The notes below the pieces were generated by a model. The model made no database searches. It was given only the letters and a program-made list of their open reading frames with translations, and was not told where the DNA came from. A program made the translations under genes and the position numbers. From NCBI RefSeq assembly GCF_004010195.1, contig NC_057718.1, forward strand, positions 64,857,548-64,921,547: a stretch of 64,000 nucleotides of DNA, written 5' to 3'. Below are positions 12,650 to 25,234 of the stretch, one piece after another (positions within the stretch are counted from its first letter, which is position 1; every line of letters begins with the position of its first letter). This DNA comes from Chiloscyllium plagiosum (Eukaryota).

Positions 12650-14050
12650 GTGCTTTAGGTGTCCATGTCAGCTGCAGTCTTATTCTCATTGTTTGTAATG
12701 TCTGCACAATCAGGGATCACAGGCAGTGTGGAAGCACCATGCACTTTGGAGTGTCCTGACAGAATACTTCCCCTTGTACATAGCATGTCTTCCATTTGGG
12801 TGCTTGCTGACACCATCTTGTCTTCTTGTGAGGAAGTGCTACCTGCAGGAAGGCTAATGTTCCTCAATATTGCCTTGTCATTTCTGTTGATCATCAGTAG
12901 TTAGAATGGCATGTCTGTGTATGTCTCCGGCAGCTAATAAGCATTCTGTTGGACATGGCTACCACCGGTAGCTGCCAACTCTTCCTGGAGGTGACTAACT
13001 TCACACATGTGGGAGCCAGGTCAGTGCTGATCATGTTGACGGATTCCTCCAACCTTTGATCCAGCTTTCTGAGTGTCTCCACAAATGTGCTGCTGTTCCT
13101 TTGTCTCTATGTACAATTTAATAAAGTTGTTAATGGTCAACACCAAGCAGTCCTCTCCTCTCTGGGGCTGTGCAGGTGCCTGATCTCCAGAGGTCTACTC
13201 TCCAGACTCTAATCTGGATAAAATAGCCACTGAGATGTCAGTATTTGAGTAGATGGAGAGTGCAGGAGACAGACTTGCGATCGCATGCTCTGAGAGTTCT
13301 GTGACTTCTGCCTCAGAAGTAGAGGTGGAGGTGATAACTGGAGTGTTCACTTTGTTTGAGGTGCAGGTTGTATGAATGTTGCTCAGGCCTGTGGAAGATG
13401 AGAGCAGGAGTAGGTTGTGAAAAGAACATGTTAGGAATACATTCATGTCATGGAAAAGCAGCACAGCGCTCAGTAATGAGTCCTATTTGGTTGCTGGGAC
13501 ATGGAGGTCTCGACATCCCTACATATGCAATCACACTCCTCTAATGAAGCAAGGATTTTATCTTTGCAGGGAATCAGTAGATTAATGTTGGATGGCCCCA
13601 CTCTATCCTATTATAGACAGCTTTCCCATGGAATAAGAGGAAAGGACGGATTGAGTGTGATGAAAGTGACTGTCACAGTTTTTAGCGTTGGTGCAAATGA
13701 GGGAAAGGTGTAGCAGTTTGATGGGTGAGTGAGTAAGCAGAGCAGGGGGATGCAGGGTCTGTAATTTTGGAGAAGTAGGGATTGAGGAAGATGTTGCATG
13801 CAGTAGTGAGAGTGTTGGACCATCAACTTTGATAGAAGATGTGAGCAGTTTCAACATTAGCCAGTCTTGAGGAAAGAGGACATTTTTCCCATCCACCAGG
13901 ATTCCAGGTCTCTTTCAGTAAAGTGTGGTGCCATTGTGTCTCAGCCATCTGTGGAACAAGTCTTGACAGAAGTGCAGTCCCTGGCTTGCAATCTTTTACC
14001 TGGGTGAAGCTTGGCTTCAAATATGGTATTGGTGTTGGAAATCCTGGATG
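12650..14050 (-). mobile_element. Harbinger Myb/SANT-like second-gene fossil
   Basis: Decayed minus-strand fragments (KPSFTQVKD...; LRKLDQRLEESVNMISTDLAPTCV coiled-coil-like) convergent with the transposase fossil at 8560-8915; heavily mutated. Confidence 0.45.
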
Positions 14051-14967
14051 GTTCTGGCAGTGGCTAACACAGCTGGTCAGTGCACAAAATTGGGAGAGTG
14101 GTGGTATGGATCATCTTAATGAGGTGAGCAGCATAAAATTGCATGAGAAATGTTGCTAGTGCTCACAGAGAGAACCTCCTCATGAAACTCCCAAAATTGA
14201 CACCGCCAAATTTGAGAAGTCCACTTCCTATTTTTGATATCACCTTTAGTCCATGGTATCAACACTTTGTTTTCCATTTGAATAAGCCCTTTTCTTCTAG
14301 TTCTTTCCCATTGCTCATTTCTTCTGTTGACCAAGGTTGTTGAATTACATAACTTTATGCAGGTTTTATTTTTAGTTGTTCTGTATTTTTACGTTATCAG
14401 TTCTGCAAACCTTTCAAAGTCAACATTATCTAAGTTTAATTATCTTGGTTGTGACTCACCTTTTTTTCCTCTCAGTCTGGTATTAAATCCTACCATATTA
14501 CAATCACTGTTGGCTAGATGTTCACTCACTGTTAAACCATTGTTTAAATTAATTTTTCTGATGCTCATTACTCACCACAGGTCTAATATGCCTGGTTTTA
14601 TCGATTCTTAATTGCTTCAGAAAGTGACTTGAATACAGTCAATAAATCTGTTGCCTTTGGAACTTAAGCTATTTCTCACAGTTTCTGGGAAAATTAGAAT
14701 TTGCTATTATGACTGCACTACCTTTGAAACAAATTTCTCTTAGTTAATCATATTCCGCTAGTTTATCTCAACTATCAGGAAGCCTGCAGATAACTCCCAA
14801 AATCTTATATTTTTTTATTCCCCAATTCCAGCAAATTATCTTCAAAAAAATCCTTAACCAGTACCGCATACTAGCAAATATCATAAAGCAAAAGAGTGGT
14901 CATTTGGGACATACACATCAGAAAAATGATGCCATGAGGTCAAATGTCTAGGCTATAGAGAGTAATT

Positions 14968-15259
14968 TTAGATTAGATTACATTACAGTGTGGAAACAGG
15001 CCCTTCGGCCCAACAAGTCCACACCGACCCGCCGAAGCGTAACCCACCCATACCCCTTACCTAACACTACAGGAAATTTAGCACAGCCAATTCACCTGAC
15101 CTGTGCATCTTTGGACTGTGGGAGAAAACCGGAGCAAACCCACGCAGACACGGGGAGAACATGCAAACTCCACACAGTCAGTCGCCTGAGGCGGGAATTG
15201 AACCCGGGTCTCTGGCACTGTGAGGCAGCAGTGCTAACCACTGTGCCACCGTGCCATCC
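14968..15259 (-). mobile_element. V-SINE (HE1-like)
   Basis: Reverse complement of the same SINE; (GATTA)n tail at left, tRNA head at right. Confidence 0.92.
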
Positions 15260-15788
15260 AAATTTTGTTGGAGTCCATTACCTTAGTACCAAATTTGTAG
15301 AAGGTATTTGAAGCCATTTGTTTTAAGTTGCAGGAAACTTGGGTTTTGGACATCATGGTCAGGAAATCTGGGAGTGCCGATATTTGGGTGTAATCTATAC
15401 GATAATTATCTGTGGAAGGATCTAAGAATCAAACTCCTGTGTGTTGCTTTCCCACATTAACACAGCATCAGTGCTGCAGGAAAACGCCATACAGATGACT
15501 GATAGAAGTGATTGGCTACTGGGGAGGTGCTGTGGAAGGAATATGTTAAAGGCCTCGGGAGAGTAAATAGCAATGAGAGGTCAATGGAGTTTGGGTCAGA
15601 TCTAGGAGCAATGGGGTCAGAACTAATGGATGTGAGGCCAGGGACTCTGATTAAAACTGGGTCATCTGTGGTACTGGATCTCTAAGTAGGGAAGGATGCT
15701 TATAGACAAGGACTTTATATTTTGGGAGAAAATATTTATAATTTCCACACATTGAATCAATGTTAAAGTGGAGATATGAAGCAGGTGT

Positions 15789-16178
15789 TTAGATCAGAGT
15801 GGTGCTGGAAAAGCACAGCAGTTCAGGCAGCATCCGAGGAGCAGAAAAATCAACATTTCAGGCAAAAGTCCTTCACCAGGAATAGAGGGAGGAAACCTCC
15901 AGGGTGGAGAGATAAATGGGGGTGGGGAGTGAGGCTCGGGAGAAGGTAGCCGTTTTGCTATCTTCTCCCCCCACTCCTCACCTCCCCCCCCCCACCCCAC
16001 TTCCCTCCACCATTTATCTCTCCATCCTGGAGGCTTCCTGTTTCTATTCCTGATGAAGGGTTTTTGCCCGAAAACTCGATTTTACTACTCCTCGGTCGCT
16101 GCCTGACCTGCTGTGCTTTTCCAGCACCACTTTGATCTAAACTCTGGTTTCCAGTATCGGCAGTCCTCACTTTTGCCT
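15789..16178. mobile_element. Non-coding palindromic Penelope derivative (two inverted terminal arms + 38-nt tail)
   Basis: Arms ~15789-15950 and ~15957-16140 are reverse complements; perfect 15-bp TSD atatgaagcaggtgt at 15774-15788 and 16179-16193; hammerhead-like ctgatgaagggtttttgcccgaaa at ~16050. Confidence 0.88.
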
Positions 16179-16949
16179 ATATGAAGCAGGTGTAAAGTCT
16201 CTTATTCCCAAATGCTTCAGCGATTGGTAAGCTCGTCTCTTATTTATGTGTCCTCCCCAAAATGGAAGGTGGTACACTTACACTTGGAAGTGCTAGCATT
16301 CTTCCTCCCCAGCAATTTGGACATTTGGAGGCTACATGTTTCTTGAAACATGATGGATGGATGATGTAAGTTCCATGCCTTAACCTAATCACAGGAAATG
16401 GAGACTTCCTTTTCTGCTTTTCCCTATAACTATAAATTCTGTTGTAATAGTGAGTGTGTCTGCAGTACAGAAAGGAAACTGAAGGCACACAATTTATTAC
16501 AAATACAAAAACAATAATGTGCTAAAATAGCACACTTAATGCAATACACAAATCCAACAGCATTCTCAAACAAAATTTGATTCTGAATCACACAAGAATT
16601 AAGAGTAATATTGATTGGAATAGATTTTAAGGAGTGCTCAATGGACAGCAAAGATTTGGAGGTGTTGAGCGATTTAGGCTGAGAAATCCAGAACTCTGAG
16701 GCCTCGGTGTTACAACAATTGTTGTTGCTAATTGTTTAATATTTAACATCGTGGATGGACATGACTTCAAAATTGGAGGAATTCAGAGTTTGGAGAGGTT
16801 TGTAACGCTAGTTGGGACAAAGGAAGAAATGAGGAAGGCAATTTAGGTTAGTGAGCATAAAGAGATAATGGGTAAACAGCATTTGGAATAAGATATGGTC
16901 TGACCAGGGAAGTTTGGGTTGAACCCCTGTTTAGTCAGGCTGGAAAATG

Positions 16950-17105
16950 AGACATTTCACTATACCATTCTGATCACTTGCTAACATTTCTGTCTCTGTG
17001 TTCCAACAAAGCTCGACATAAATTGAAGGATGAGCACCTCGTTTTTTGCTTAGGTATTTTACAGCCTTCAAAACACCACATTGAATTCAATAATTTTAGG
17101 CCATG
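16950..17105 (+). mobile_element. Old Penelope GIY-YIG C-terminal remnant
   Basis: Translates to HKLKDEHLVFCLGILQPS..IEFNNFR, similar to the C-terminus of the PLE ORFs elsewhere in the window. Confidence 0.55.
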
Positions 17106-18249
17106 AATTTGTTCCTTCATTTTAATTTGATTTATCCCTCTACCAAAATTTCAAAGGCTTAAGATGTTTGTTGATACTCTTCTTTCTGTCTTGTAGGACA
17201 ATGTGGTGCACATCCAGAAGCAACAATTCATAGTCAGGGGGAGTCAGAGCTGCTTATTCTGACTCCAAGAAGAAGACAGTGCTTGATATCATTGAAGTTG
17301 ACATGACTGAAGCTGAAACCATTTATCTTGAAGGTATCCCATAGTTAACCTCTTCTTCCTCCTCCTCCTCCTCCTCCTCATCCTCATCCTCATTGCACAA
17401 TCCCTTCTGCTGGTGGTGTTTCCACTTGTGGGACAGTCCAGGACTAGAAAGCATTGTTTTAAAATTACGGCTCACCTCTTTCAGGACAGATTTGAGAATA
17501 TGCTTTTTTCACTAATGGTTATGTCACTTTGGAACTGGTGCTTCAGAAGGAAGTAGGGGTGAGGTTATTGAATATTTTTAAGACAGATTTGGATAGCTTC
17601 TTGTTAGGCAGGGGATTCAAGAATTATTGGGGGTAAATGGAAATGTGGAATTTGAAACACCAATAGATGATTTTATTGAATGGGGAATAGGCTCTAGGGG
17701 CCAAATGATCTACATTTGTTACTATTTTAGATGTTTGTATGACTTATTCCCATCTCTCTTACCACAACAATCCCTGCTGCCTTCCTTCTTTCAGTTATCC
17801 AAGAACTGCAACCTGACCAGGCAGCAATAGAAGCAAAAATATTGGAGTGAAGGAAAATAACAATGAAGAGGAAACACCATCGGTGCTTTAACACTCACAG
17901 ACACCTGCTCACATACTGACAATATACTATACAGGATGGCTTAGTGGTGAGGTCTGCACATTGTGAGACATTGTACAAGAGTGGCCTACGGCCAGGATAG
18001 AATAAGGGTAGCACATATTGCAGCTCAAAGGAGTGGAATGCCATACAAACTTCTGCTGTTATAGACCCAAATAAGGACATTGAGGGTTTGGCCTATACAA
18101 GAAGGCTACTGGTTACTGAAATAACTGCACAGTGACTGGTATCCTGTCACCAGGTCACCCTTTCTTTACGTATGCACAGTACACTGGCTGTGGCCAGCCA
18201 TCTCAGGGTCAGTCACCTGAAATGGAGGGATTCTAATCTGCTGATTATA

Positions 18250-20816
18250 TTTTTTGTACTTTTTTATTCAAAGCTTACATAGATTACAGTGTCAGACACA
18301 ACACATAACATCATTCACAACACATCGAGAACAAATCCCTGAAAATGGATACATTGACAAAGAACATTCTACAGAAGAACATCTCTGTTTAAACAGTAAA
18401 TTTATGTCCACATTAGACAACAGTGCCGTGAACACGACACATGGCGCAAAAGCACATTGCATTATAAACAGTAAGTTCCAAGTTCACATAAAGTTACAGT
18501 GTCTCAAACACGATATATGGCAAAGGCACTATACATCAGACAATTTACTGAAAAGCAGAAGCATTAACACAACACATTGTGCAGAAGCATATCTCATATC
18601 AATCAGTAGCACAAAGTTTACAGACAAACACACATTCCCCAGGGCTGTTGGTCGGCCTCCACACAGACCAAACCTATTGGTTGGGCCAGCTCTCCAGGGC
18701 TTACGCAGAGGCACAGTCCAAACACATTCAGAGTCCAACCATAAAGGCAGAGTCTGCACAGACAATACATAATTCGCACATAAGGGCATGGTCCACACCA
18801 GCATGTTAGTCCACCCGCAAGGACATGGTCCACTGAAATGGCATGGTAATCACACAAAGGCATAATGCAAACCCATAAAGGCTCAATCCATATATAAAGA
18901 TTCAGTCCAGTACCCACATACAAAAACAGCAGCTCAGAGGCTGGGTCCCATTATCAAATCATCCTTCAATTCATTAGTTCACACAATACACTGGCTGTGA
19001 CCGGCCAGCTCAGAGCCAGTCACCTGAACTGCAGAGGTTCAAATCTCCTGGTTATATTTATTTTTCTCAGTACACTGGCTGTGGCCAGCCAGATCAGAGT
19101 CGAGATTGTGGGTGCTGGAAAAGCACAGCGGGTCAGGCAGCATCCAAGGAGTAAGAGAATCGATGCTTCAGGCATAAGCTCTTCATAAGGAATGAGGCTT
19201 GTGAGCCAAGGGGGCTGAGAGATAAATGGGAAGGAGAGGGGATGGGGAGAAGGTAGCTGGGAATGCAATAGGCAGATGGAGGTGGGGGTGAAGGTGATAG
19301 GTCAGAGACGAGGGTGGAGCAGATAGGTGGGAAGGAAGATGGACAGATAGGACAGGTCATGAAAGTGATGCCGAGTTGGAAGGTTGGATCTGGGATAAGG
19401 TGGGAAGAGGGGAAATGAGGAAACTGGTGAACTCCACATTGATGCCATGTGGTTGGAAGGATCCCAAAGCAGAAGATGTGTTCTTCCTCCTGGCGTTGGG
19501 TGATTAGGGTGTGGAAATGGAGGAGGCCCAGGACCTGCATGGTCCTTGGCGGAGTGGGAGGGAGAGTTGAAGTGTTTGGCCAAGGGCCGGTGGGGCTGAT
19601 TGGTGCTGGTGTCCTGGAGATGTTCTCTGAAGTGCTCTGCAAATATGCACCCTGTCTCTCCAGTGTAGAGGAGACTGCTTCAAGAGCAACGGCTACAGTA
19701 AATGACTTGTGTGGAAGTGCAGGTAAAACTCTGATGGATGTGGAAGGTCCTTTGGGGCTTCGACGGAGCTGAGGGGGGAGGTCTGGACACAGTTTTTGAA
19801 ATTCCTGCGGTGGCAAGGGAAGGTGCCTGGCACGGGAGTTGCAGAGGGAATGGTCTTTATGGAAAGCGGATAGGGGTGGAGAGGGAAATATAACTCTGGC
19901 GGTGCAGTCTTGAACTGAGGAGATTCTAATCTCCTGGTTATATATTTTTTTGAAGATTCTCCATCTGCTGTTATATTTTTGTTTGCTTCCCCACCCCCTC
20001 CCTCCACACTTCTGCCATACAGCAGTAGTGCTCATATTCTATACAACCCTATTTTTGTGTGTGCAGGTGCAGGATACAGTGAAAAACACCAAGTGAAAAT
20101 AACTTTATGAATATTCCACCACAAGTAAAGGCACATGTGAGGCCAATGAACCAGTGACAAGCAAAGCCCACAGCGAGCAAAGCTTATGTGAGAAAAGCAA
20201 AGGGGAGGGTAGTGATTAAATCAAAATAGAATTGGAGGGGAAAAAAATCACTCCATTCCGGATGATGTCCACCTCTCTCCTGGTTTTATATGTGTCCAGT
20301 GACAAGCTGTGCCTCGTTCCTTTTGGGCAAAGCCTGCATGAACAAAGAAGTGAAGGGGAGGATAGGGGTTAACTCAAAGTAGAGTTGAAGGGGGAAGCAA
20401 AGCAGTCTATGCCCTGTGGTGCCCACCTCTCCTGAAGATCTGTCTTGGTTTTTTTTTGTGTTTTGGTTTGCTTTTCCCTGAAATGAGGAAATTCTAAATT
20501 CCCTGTTTACATATTTTTCTTTTTATTTCTAATCTCCGAGTTATATATTTTTTAATCCTCTGGGTTTTTTTGTGTTTATTTTTTCTTGTGTGTGCAGGTG
20601 TCTGACACAGTGAAAACCAACAAGTGGGTAAATCTTTATTTATGCACCACCACCAAGAAGAAAGGAAACATCCGAGTGGCCAGTGACAGGCAGTGCCCTT
20701 CTCAGAGGGCAATGCTGCGTGATCAAAAAAATGAAGGGGAGGGTAGAGGTTAAATCAAAATAGAGTTGGCAGGGGAAACAAAGCAGTCCATGCCCCTTGG
20801 TGACTACCTCTCCCTG
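18250..20816 (-). mobile_element. Stack of 5'-truncated poly(A)-tailed retrotransposon 3' ends (L1/Tx1-like)
   Basis: Each unit begins with poly-T after ctggttatat-like DNA; 20756-20817 minus encodes FRER*SPRGMDCFVSPANSILI*, and ~20370-20436 encodes ERWAPQGIDC, resembling a Tx1-type ORF2 C-terminus; 20040-20280 and 20580-20810 are homologous 3' UTRs. Confidence 0.65.
19091..19905 (-). mobile_element. 5'-truncated Penelope-like element (GIY-YIG end + terminal repeat)
   Basis: AKHFNSPSHSAKD, MQVLGLLHF...EEEHIFCFGIL; same family as 9479-12172; decayed hammerhead at ~19157-19195. Confidence 0.85.
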
Positions 20817-21301
20817 AAGATCTGTCCTGGTTATATTGGCCCATGTTAATAACCCCAATCAACTACCATATAGTCAACGAGATCAATCTGGCTCAAATCA
20901 CTATAGTTGCGTACACTGAAATAATCGGTACAATGGCAAGTTTGCCAGAAAACAATGTCAAGGAGGTTGGAGGAGTCTGTACCAACTTGGCAAAGGACTT
21001 TTCATTGATCTTCAACCCTACCCTTTCAAATATGGAACTGGTAGTCACTTCCATTGTCATACTTGTGAAGCCCACCATGAAGCAATGTCTTGTGGCCAAT
21101 GTCACAACTTCCATTGTAGTACAAACAGCTTCCAACAGTTTGAATGGAGTCTGAGAGTGCTGTCTTGCAAGCTTAAGAGTTCTGCCTTCATGTGTCTCTA
21201 TGTCATTGGTCAAAGTGATTTGATTCAGATGGATTACCTTGTGGTCTGATTGATAGTGGATCTGTGGATAATGAAGCTACCCCCTCAGACACAGACTCCC
21301 T

Positions 21302-21537
21302 TCCTTTGAATATGTATGTGGGATTCAAACCCTAATCATGAGCCATGTCACAAGGGGATTACCCTTATCTCCTAGTAGCCAGCCTTTGACTTGCGATGGA
21401 GGGCCAAATATAGATGAAATAGCAAACTTTTAAAGAATGAAGGAATCCTTCCTGCTGTCAGGTTAACTGGCATTCACCTGGTGATGCATTGTCTGGCTCA
21501 TGGTTCGGGTTTGAATCCCATATATATATTCAAAGGA
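21302..21537. repeat. ~236-bp segment bounded by 44-bp inverted repeats (MITE-like)
   Basis: tcctttgaatatgtatgtgggattcaaaccctaatcatgagcca (21302-21345) vs tggctcatggttcgggtttgaatcccatatatatattcaaagga (21494-21537), 4 mismatches. Confidence 0.7.
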
Positions 21538-21544
21538 GACCTAA

Positions 21545-21815
21545 AATGAGGGAATGTTATAGGGTACAATCTCCATGTCTTCAAGAAACACTTCCCTGCT
21601 TGGACTGCTCTAGAAAGGTGCACTCAGTGGGACAGATACCAAAATGTTTGGAAATGTGCTTAAGGCTGAACAACCTGACCATCACAAGAGAACAGCCTGA
21701 ACAAGAAGCTGAGGTACAAGAATATGAGGAGGAAATAGAAGAGAAAATAGGATAATAGGAAGTTCCATTTTGCACAAGCTCTGCATGATCAGCTTCTTCA
21801 CGAGTGATTCCAGTA
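21545..21815 (+). mobile_element. Harbinger transposase C-terminal fossil
   Basis: Frameshifted NVIG...VFKKHF/CLDCS...CLRLNNLTITREQP...EEEIEE...ALHDQLLHE, similar to the HARBI1-type R-x-x-I-E...LK-x-RF-x-CLD...C-x-x-LHN segment plus acidic tail. Confidence 0.6.
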
Positions 21816-22271
21816 ACCTCAACCAGATCTCCTACTCATCAACAGACTCATTCTTTTTCCCTTGTCTTTATCACTCACCATCATAATATCCTCCTTCAGG
21901 CAACATTATAATACAAGGCACCAGGAAATACATATTGTACATTCAACTGTAACGAGGGAGTGAAATCCCCTTTGCTTCATATAAATGGCTAAGCTCACAG
22001 CAGGCGCATTTTTAAAAAAATTATTCATGGGATATGAGCATCACTAGATATTTATTGGCCACCCATAATTTCTCTGGAGAAGTCAGTGATGAGCTGCCTT
22101 CTTGAACCACTACAGTAGATACCCCACAATGCTTTTTGGAAGGAGGTTCAAGGATTTTCATCCAACGAAACTGAAAGAACTGCAATATAGTTCTAAGTCA
22201 CGATAGTGGGTAGCTTGCATGTGATCATGTTCCCATGTATCTGCTGCCTTACTCCTTCTAGATGATGGCAA

Positions 22272-23337
22272 TTTAGGGTGTTGGTTTGCTCGCTGAGCTG
22301 TAGGTTTGATATCCAGATGTTTCATTACCTGGCTAGGTAACATCATCAGTGGCCACCTCCAAGTGAAGCGAAGCTGTTGTCTCCTACTTTCTATTTATAT
22401 GTTTGTCCTGGATGGGGTTCTTGGGGTTTGTGGTGATGTCATTTCCTATTCGTTTTCTGAGGGGGTGATAGATGGTATCTAGATCTATGTGTTTGTTTAT
22501 GGTGTTGTGGTGGGAGTGCCAGGCCTCTAGGAATTCTCTGGCATGTCTTTGCTTAGCCTGTCCCAGGATAGATGTGTTGTCCCAGTCGAAATGGTGGTTT
22601 TTTTCCTCCGTGTATAGGAATACAAGGGAGAGAGGGCCGTGTCTTTTTGTGGCTAGCTGGTGTTCGTGTATCCTGGTGGCTAACTTTCTTCCTGTTTGTC
22701 CTACGTAGTGTTTGTGGCAGTCCTTGCATGGAATTTTGTAGATGATGTTGGTTTTGTCCATGGGTTGTACTGGGTATTTTAAGTTTGTTAGTTTTTGTTT
22801 GAGAGTGTTGGTGGGTTTATGTGCTACTAGGATTCCGAGGGGTCTTAGTAGTCACCTATACAATGTATTCAAGAAAAATGGATACTCAAAAAATACAGTG
22901 CGCAGATTCCTCAGGAACAAACCACGACAAGCAGACCAAACACAGCCAGAAACCCTAACCACCTTACCATACATCAAAGAAGTTTCAGAAATGACAGCCA
23001 GACTACTAAGACCCCTCGGAATCCTAGTAGCACACAAACACACCAACACTCTCAAACAAAAACTAAAAAACTTAAAAGACCCAACAAAACCAACGTCATC
23101 TACAAAATTCCATACAAGAAATGAACAGGAAATGACATCACCACAAACCCCAGGAACCCTATCCAGGAGAAAGATATAAATAGAAAGCAGGAGACAACAG
23201 CTTCGCTTCAATTGGAGGTCACCACTGATGATGTTACCTAGCCAGGTAATGAAACGTCTGGATATCAAACCTACAGCTCTGTGAGCAAACCTACACCCTA
23301 AACCTCAACCTGAGCTACAAACCTTCACAAACCTTGC
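22272..23337. mobile_element. Penelope-like element (family B), two divergent 3' portions forming an inverted structure, inserted in an older minus-strand LINE end
   Basis: Minus: IYKIPCKDCHKHYVGQTGRKLATRIHEH...AREFLEAWHS (GIY-YIG). Plus: VFKKNGYSKNTV...TLPYIKEVSEMTARLLRPLGI. Near-TSD atgatggcaatt 22262-22273 / atgatggaaatt 23338-23349. Confidence 0.9.
23222..23261 (+). ncRNA. Minimal type-I hammerhead ribozyme motif (PLE family B)
   Basis: cca-CUGAUGA-u-GUUACC uagcca GGUAAU-GAAAC-GUC-ugg; the inverted twin at 22313-22352 has GUC>AUC. Confidence 0.75.
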
Positions 23338-23817
23338 ATGATGGAAATTGCAAATTTGAAAATGTGCTGGTGAAGGCAATTTGCATGCAGTTAATAGCAC
23401 CCTGTACCATTGGGAAGCTATTTTCCTGTGTGCAGCCTCATGCTCATTCTGTCTACTTGTTTCTAATAAAATGTAATGAGATGAAAGTACTTCCCTGTGT
23501 GAGGAAAATCCTTGTAGAGTTGTATACTGAAATCTGTGTAGTGTTGTACGTATCACCAGTGGCTTGCATACTGATGGTCATATAGAAGTTAAGAACTATG
23601 GTCACATTTAGAGCCATACGAGATATTATATTTGCTCTGCTTTGTAGTCAATGACCTATTTAACTCATAACTTTATTTATGAAGTGAAGGCCTCTTAAAA
23701 AATTTCCGTCTCTGAAGTTGTGACAAGAACATTGTTCTCTGAAGGTCCTCAGCAAATACAGCCTTCAGCAAATATCCAATATGAAGCATTCTGGCTGGTT
23801 GTTTAGCACTTTTGAAT

Positions 23818-24180
23818 TGGGTGGCATGGTGGCTCAGTGGTTAGCACTGCTGCCTCACAGTGCCAGGGACCCAGGCTTGATTCCAGTCTTGGGTGACTGC
23901 ACAAACTGTACACAGACATTCTCCCTGTGTCTGTGTGAGTTTCTTCCAGGTCCTCCAGTTTACTCCCATAGTCTAAAGATAGGCAGATTAGGTGGATTGG
24001 TCATGCTGAATTGCCCATCATGTCCAGGGATGTGTAAGCTAGATGGATTGGCCACGGGAAATGCAGAGATACAGGGATAAGATTTGGGGGTGGGTCTGGG
24101 TGGAGTACGTTTCAGAGAGTTGGTGTGGACCTGATGAGCCAAATGGCCTGCTTCCACACAGTAGGGATTCAATGATTCTC
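23818..24180 (+). mobile_element. V-SINE (HE1-like), older copy
   Basis: gggtggcatggtggctcagtggttagcactgctgcctcacag head; CR1-like tail ...cacagtagggattcaatgattc. Confidence 0.85.
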
Positions 24181-25234
24181 TATGAATCACATAAAATCAA
24201 CACTGAAACAAGTTGCATCCATGCATATGTGATTTGATAAGGCTTTTTTGGAGAATGGAACAAGACTGGGAAAATAAAAAGAGGCCACAGCAGGACAAGC
24301 TGCCAGAAGAAGATATTGCTATTTTAGTTACATGTAGGAAAGCTTTAAAACTACACATCACTGTATCATGGGCCAGAAGAAATACATCAGCAATTTAACT
24401 GCAGTGATTGAGAAAAATAGCTGGTGGAAAGTTCTTCCTCGTATTTATTGCTATGTTTACCAGTGTAGGGGGAAGACAACTGGATGGAGTGTGGAGTTTG
24501 AAAGTAGGAGCACAGGCATCAAATCAGTACAGCACCATCTAGCCACCACTCTGAAAGCTTTGGGTGATTGTTAACTACATACACACAAACTCCTTTACCA
24601 CTATAGTTTCCTGTTCATAACACATTGAGAACAGCTGCACAGGTCTTAGCTTCCATTTTCAGCCTGTATATGGTTATTTATTGTATGAAAAGGTCACTCA
24701 TGCTACATGAACCCAATTAACTCCAGCAGCATAATCAGCAAAATGTTTTCATAGTTTTGTAAATTAAAAACAGCATCTACAAATTGGACACAGTTTATTA
24801 CATTTCAAAATCATGTGAATAAGTTTGGAAACAGGCAGCAGAGAGAGTAAGCTTAATAATCCGAAATTAATCTAAATGGCAACTTGCTAAATTATTTTTG
24901 CTATTTTGTTTCCACCAGATAGCTCAATGACAGAATCCAGTCAGAGATAACTGGAATATATCAATTTTAGCTCTTGTGGAAAATGGTCTGGGGAATATAT
25001 TGCTTTGGGACAAGAGTCAAGCTTGGAGTTTTTCTATAGATGAATGTATATTCCAAAAACTCTTATTGAAGGAGTAATTAATCTTGCATACATGGAATTA
25101 AGGTGACAGCATTATCTGGGCCACAGCTCCTGTGGCGAGAGATGTCTTGTTTAAAATTTTACTGTTAGTTTTTCCATGCAGATCTATCCACTAAACAAAC
25201 AGGAAATCTGGGGTTCCTATTTCACCTACAAAAG

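Larger units (their letters stand above)
18117..20905 (-). mobile_element. Solo LTR (~200 bp original: 20836-20905 + 18117-18250) expanded by nested insertions
   Basis: Minus strand TA(TG-derived?)TAGTG...GTTATTTCA termini; 5-bp TSD gttac (18112-18116) / gttgc (20906-20910); ATATAA TATA-like box; the host fossil is continuous across it. Confidence 0.65.
17190..21240 (+). mobile_element. Harbinger Myb/SANT-like gene fossil, interrupted by a CR1 3' end (~17410-17740) and the solo LTR
   Basis: Splice-acceptor-like ttctgtcttgtag then DNVVHIQKQQ...EETVLDII; AYTRRLLV at ~18090 resumes as YTEIIGTMASLPE...LAKDFSLIFNPTLSNMELVVTSI after 20910. Confidence 0.45.

Noticed and set aside
19133..20035. 300-aa minus-strand ORF
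   Set aside because: Mostly off-frame read-through of a decayed Penelope element and flanking repeats; not a coherent protein.
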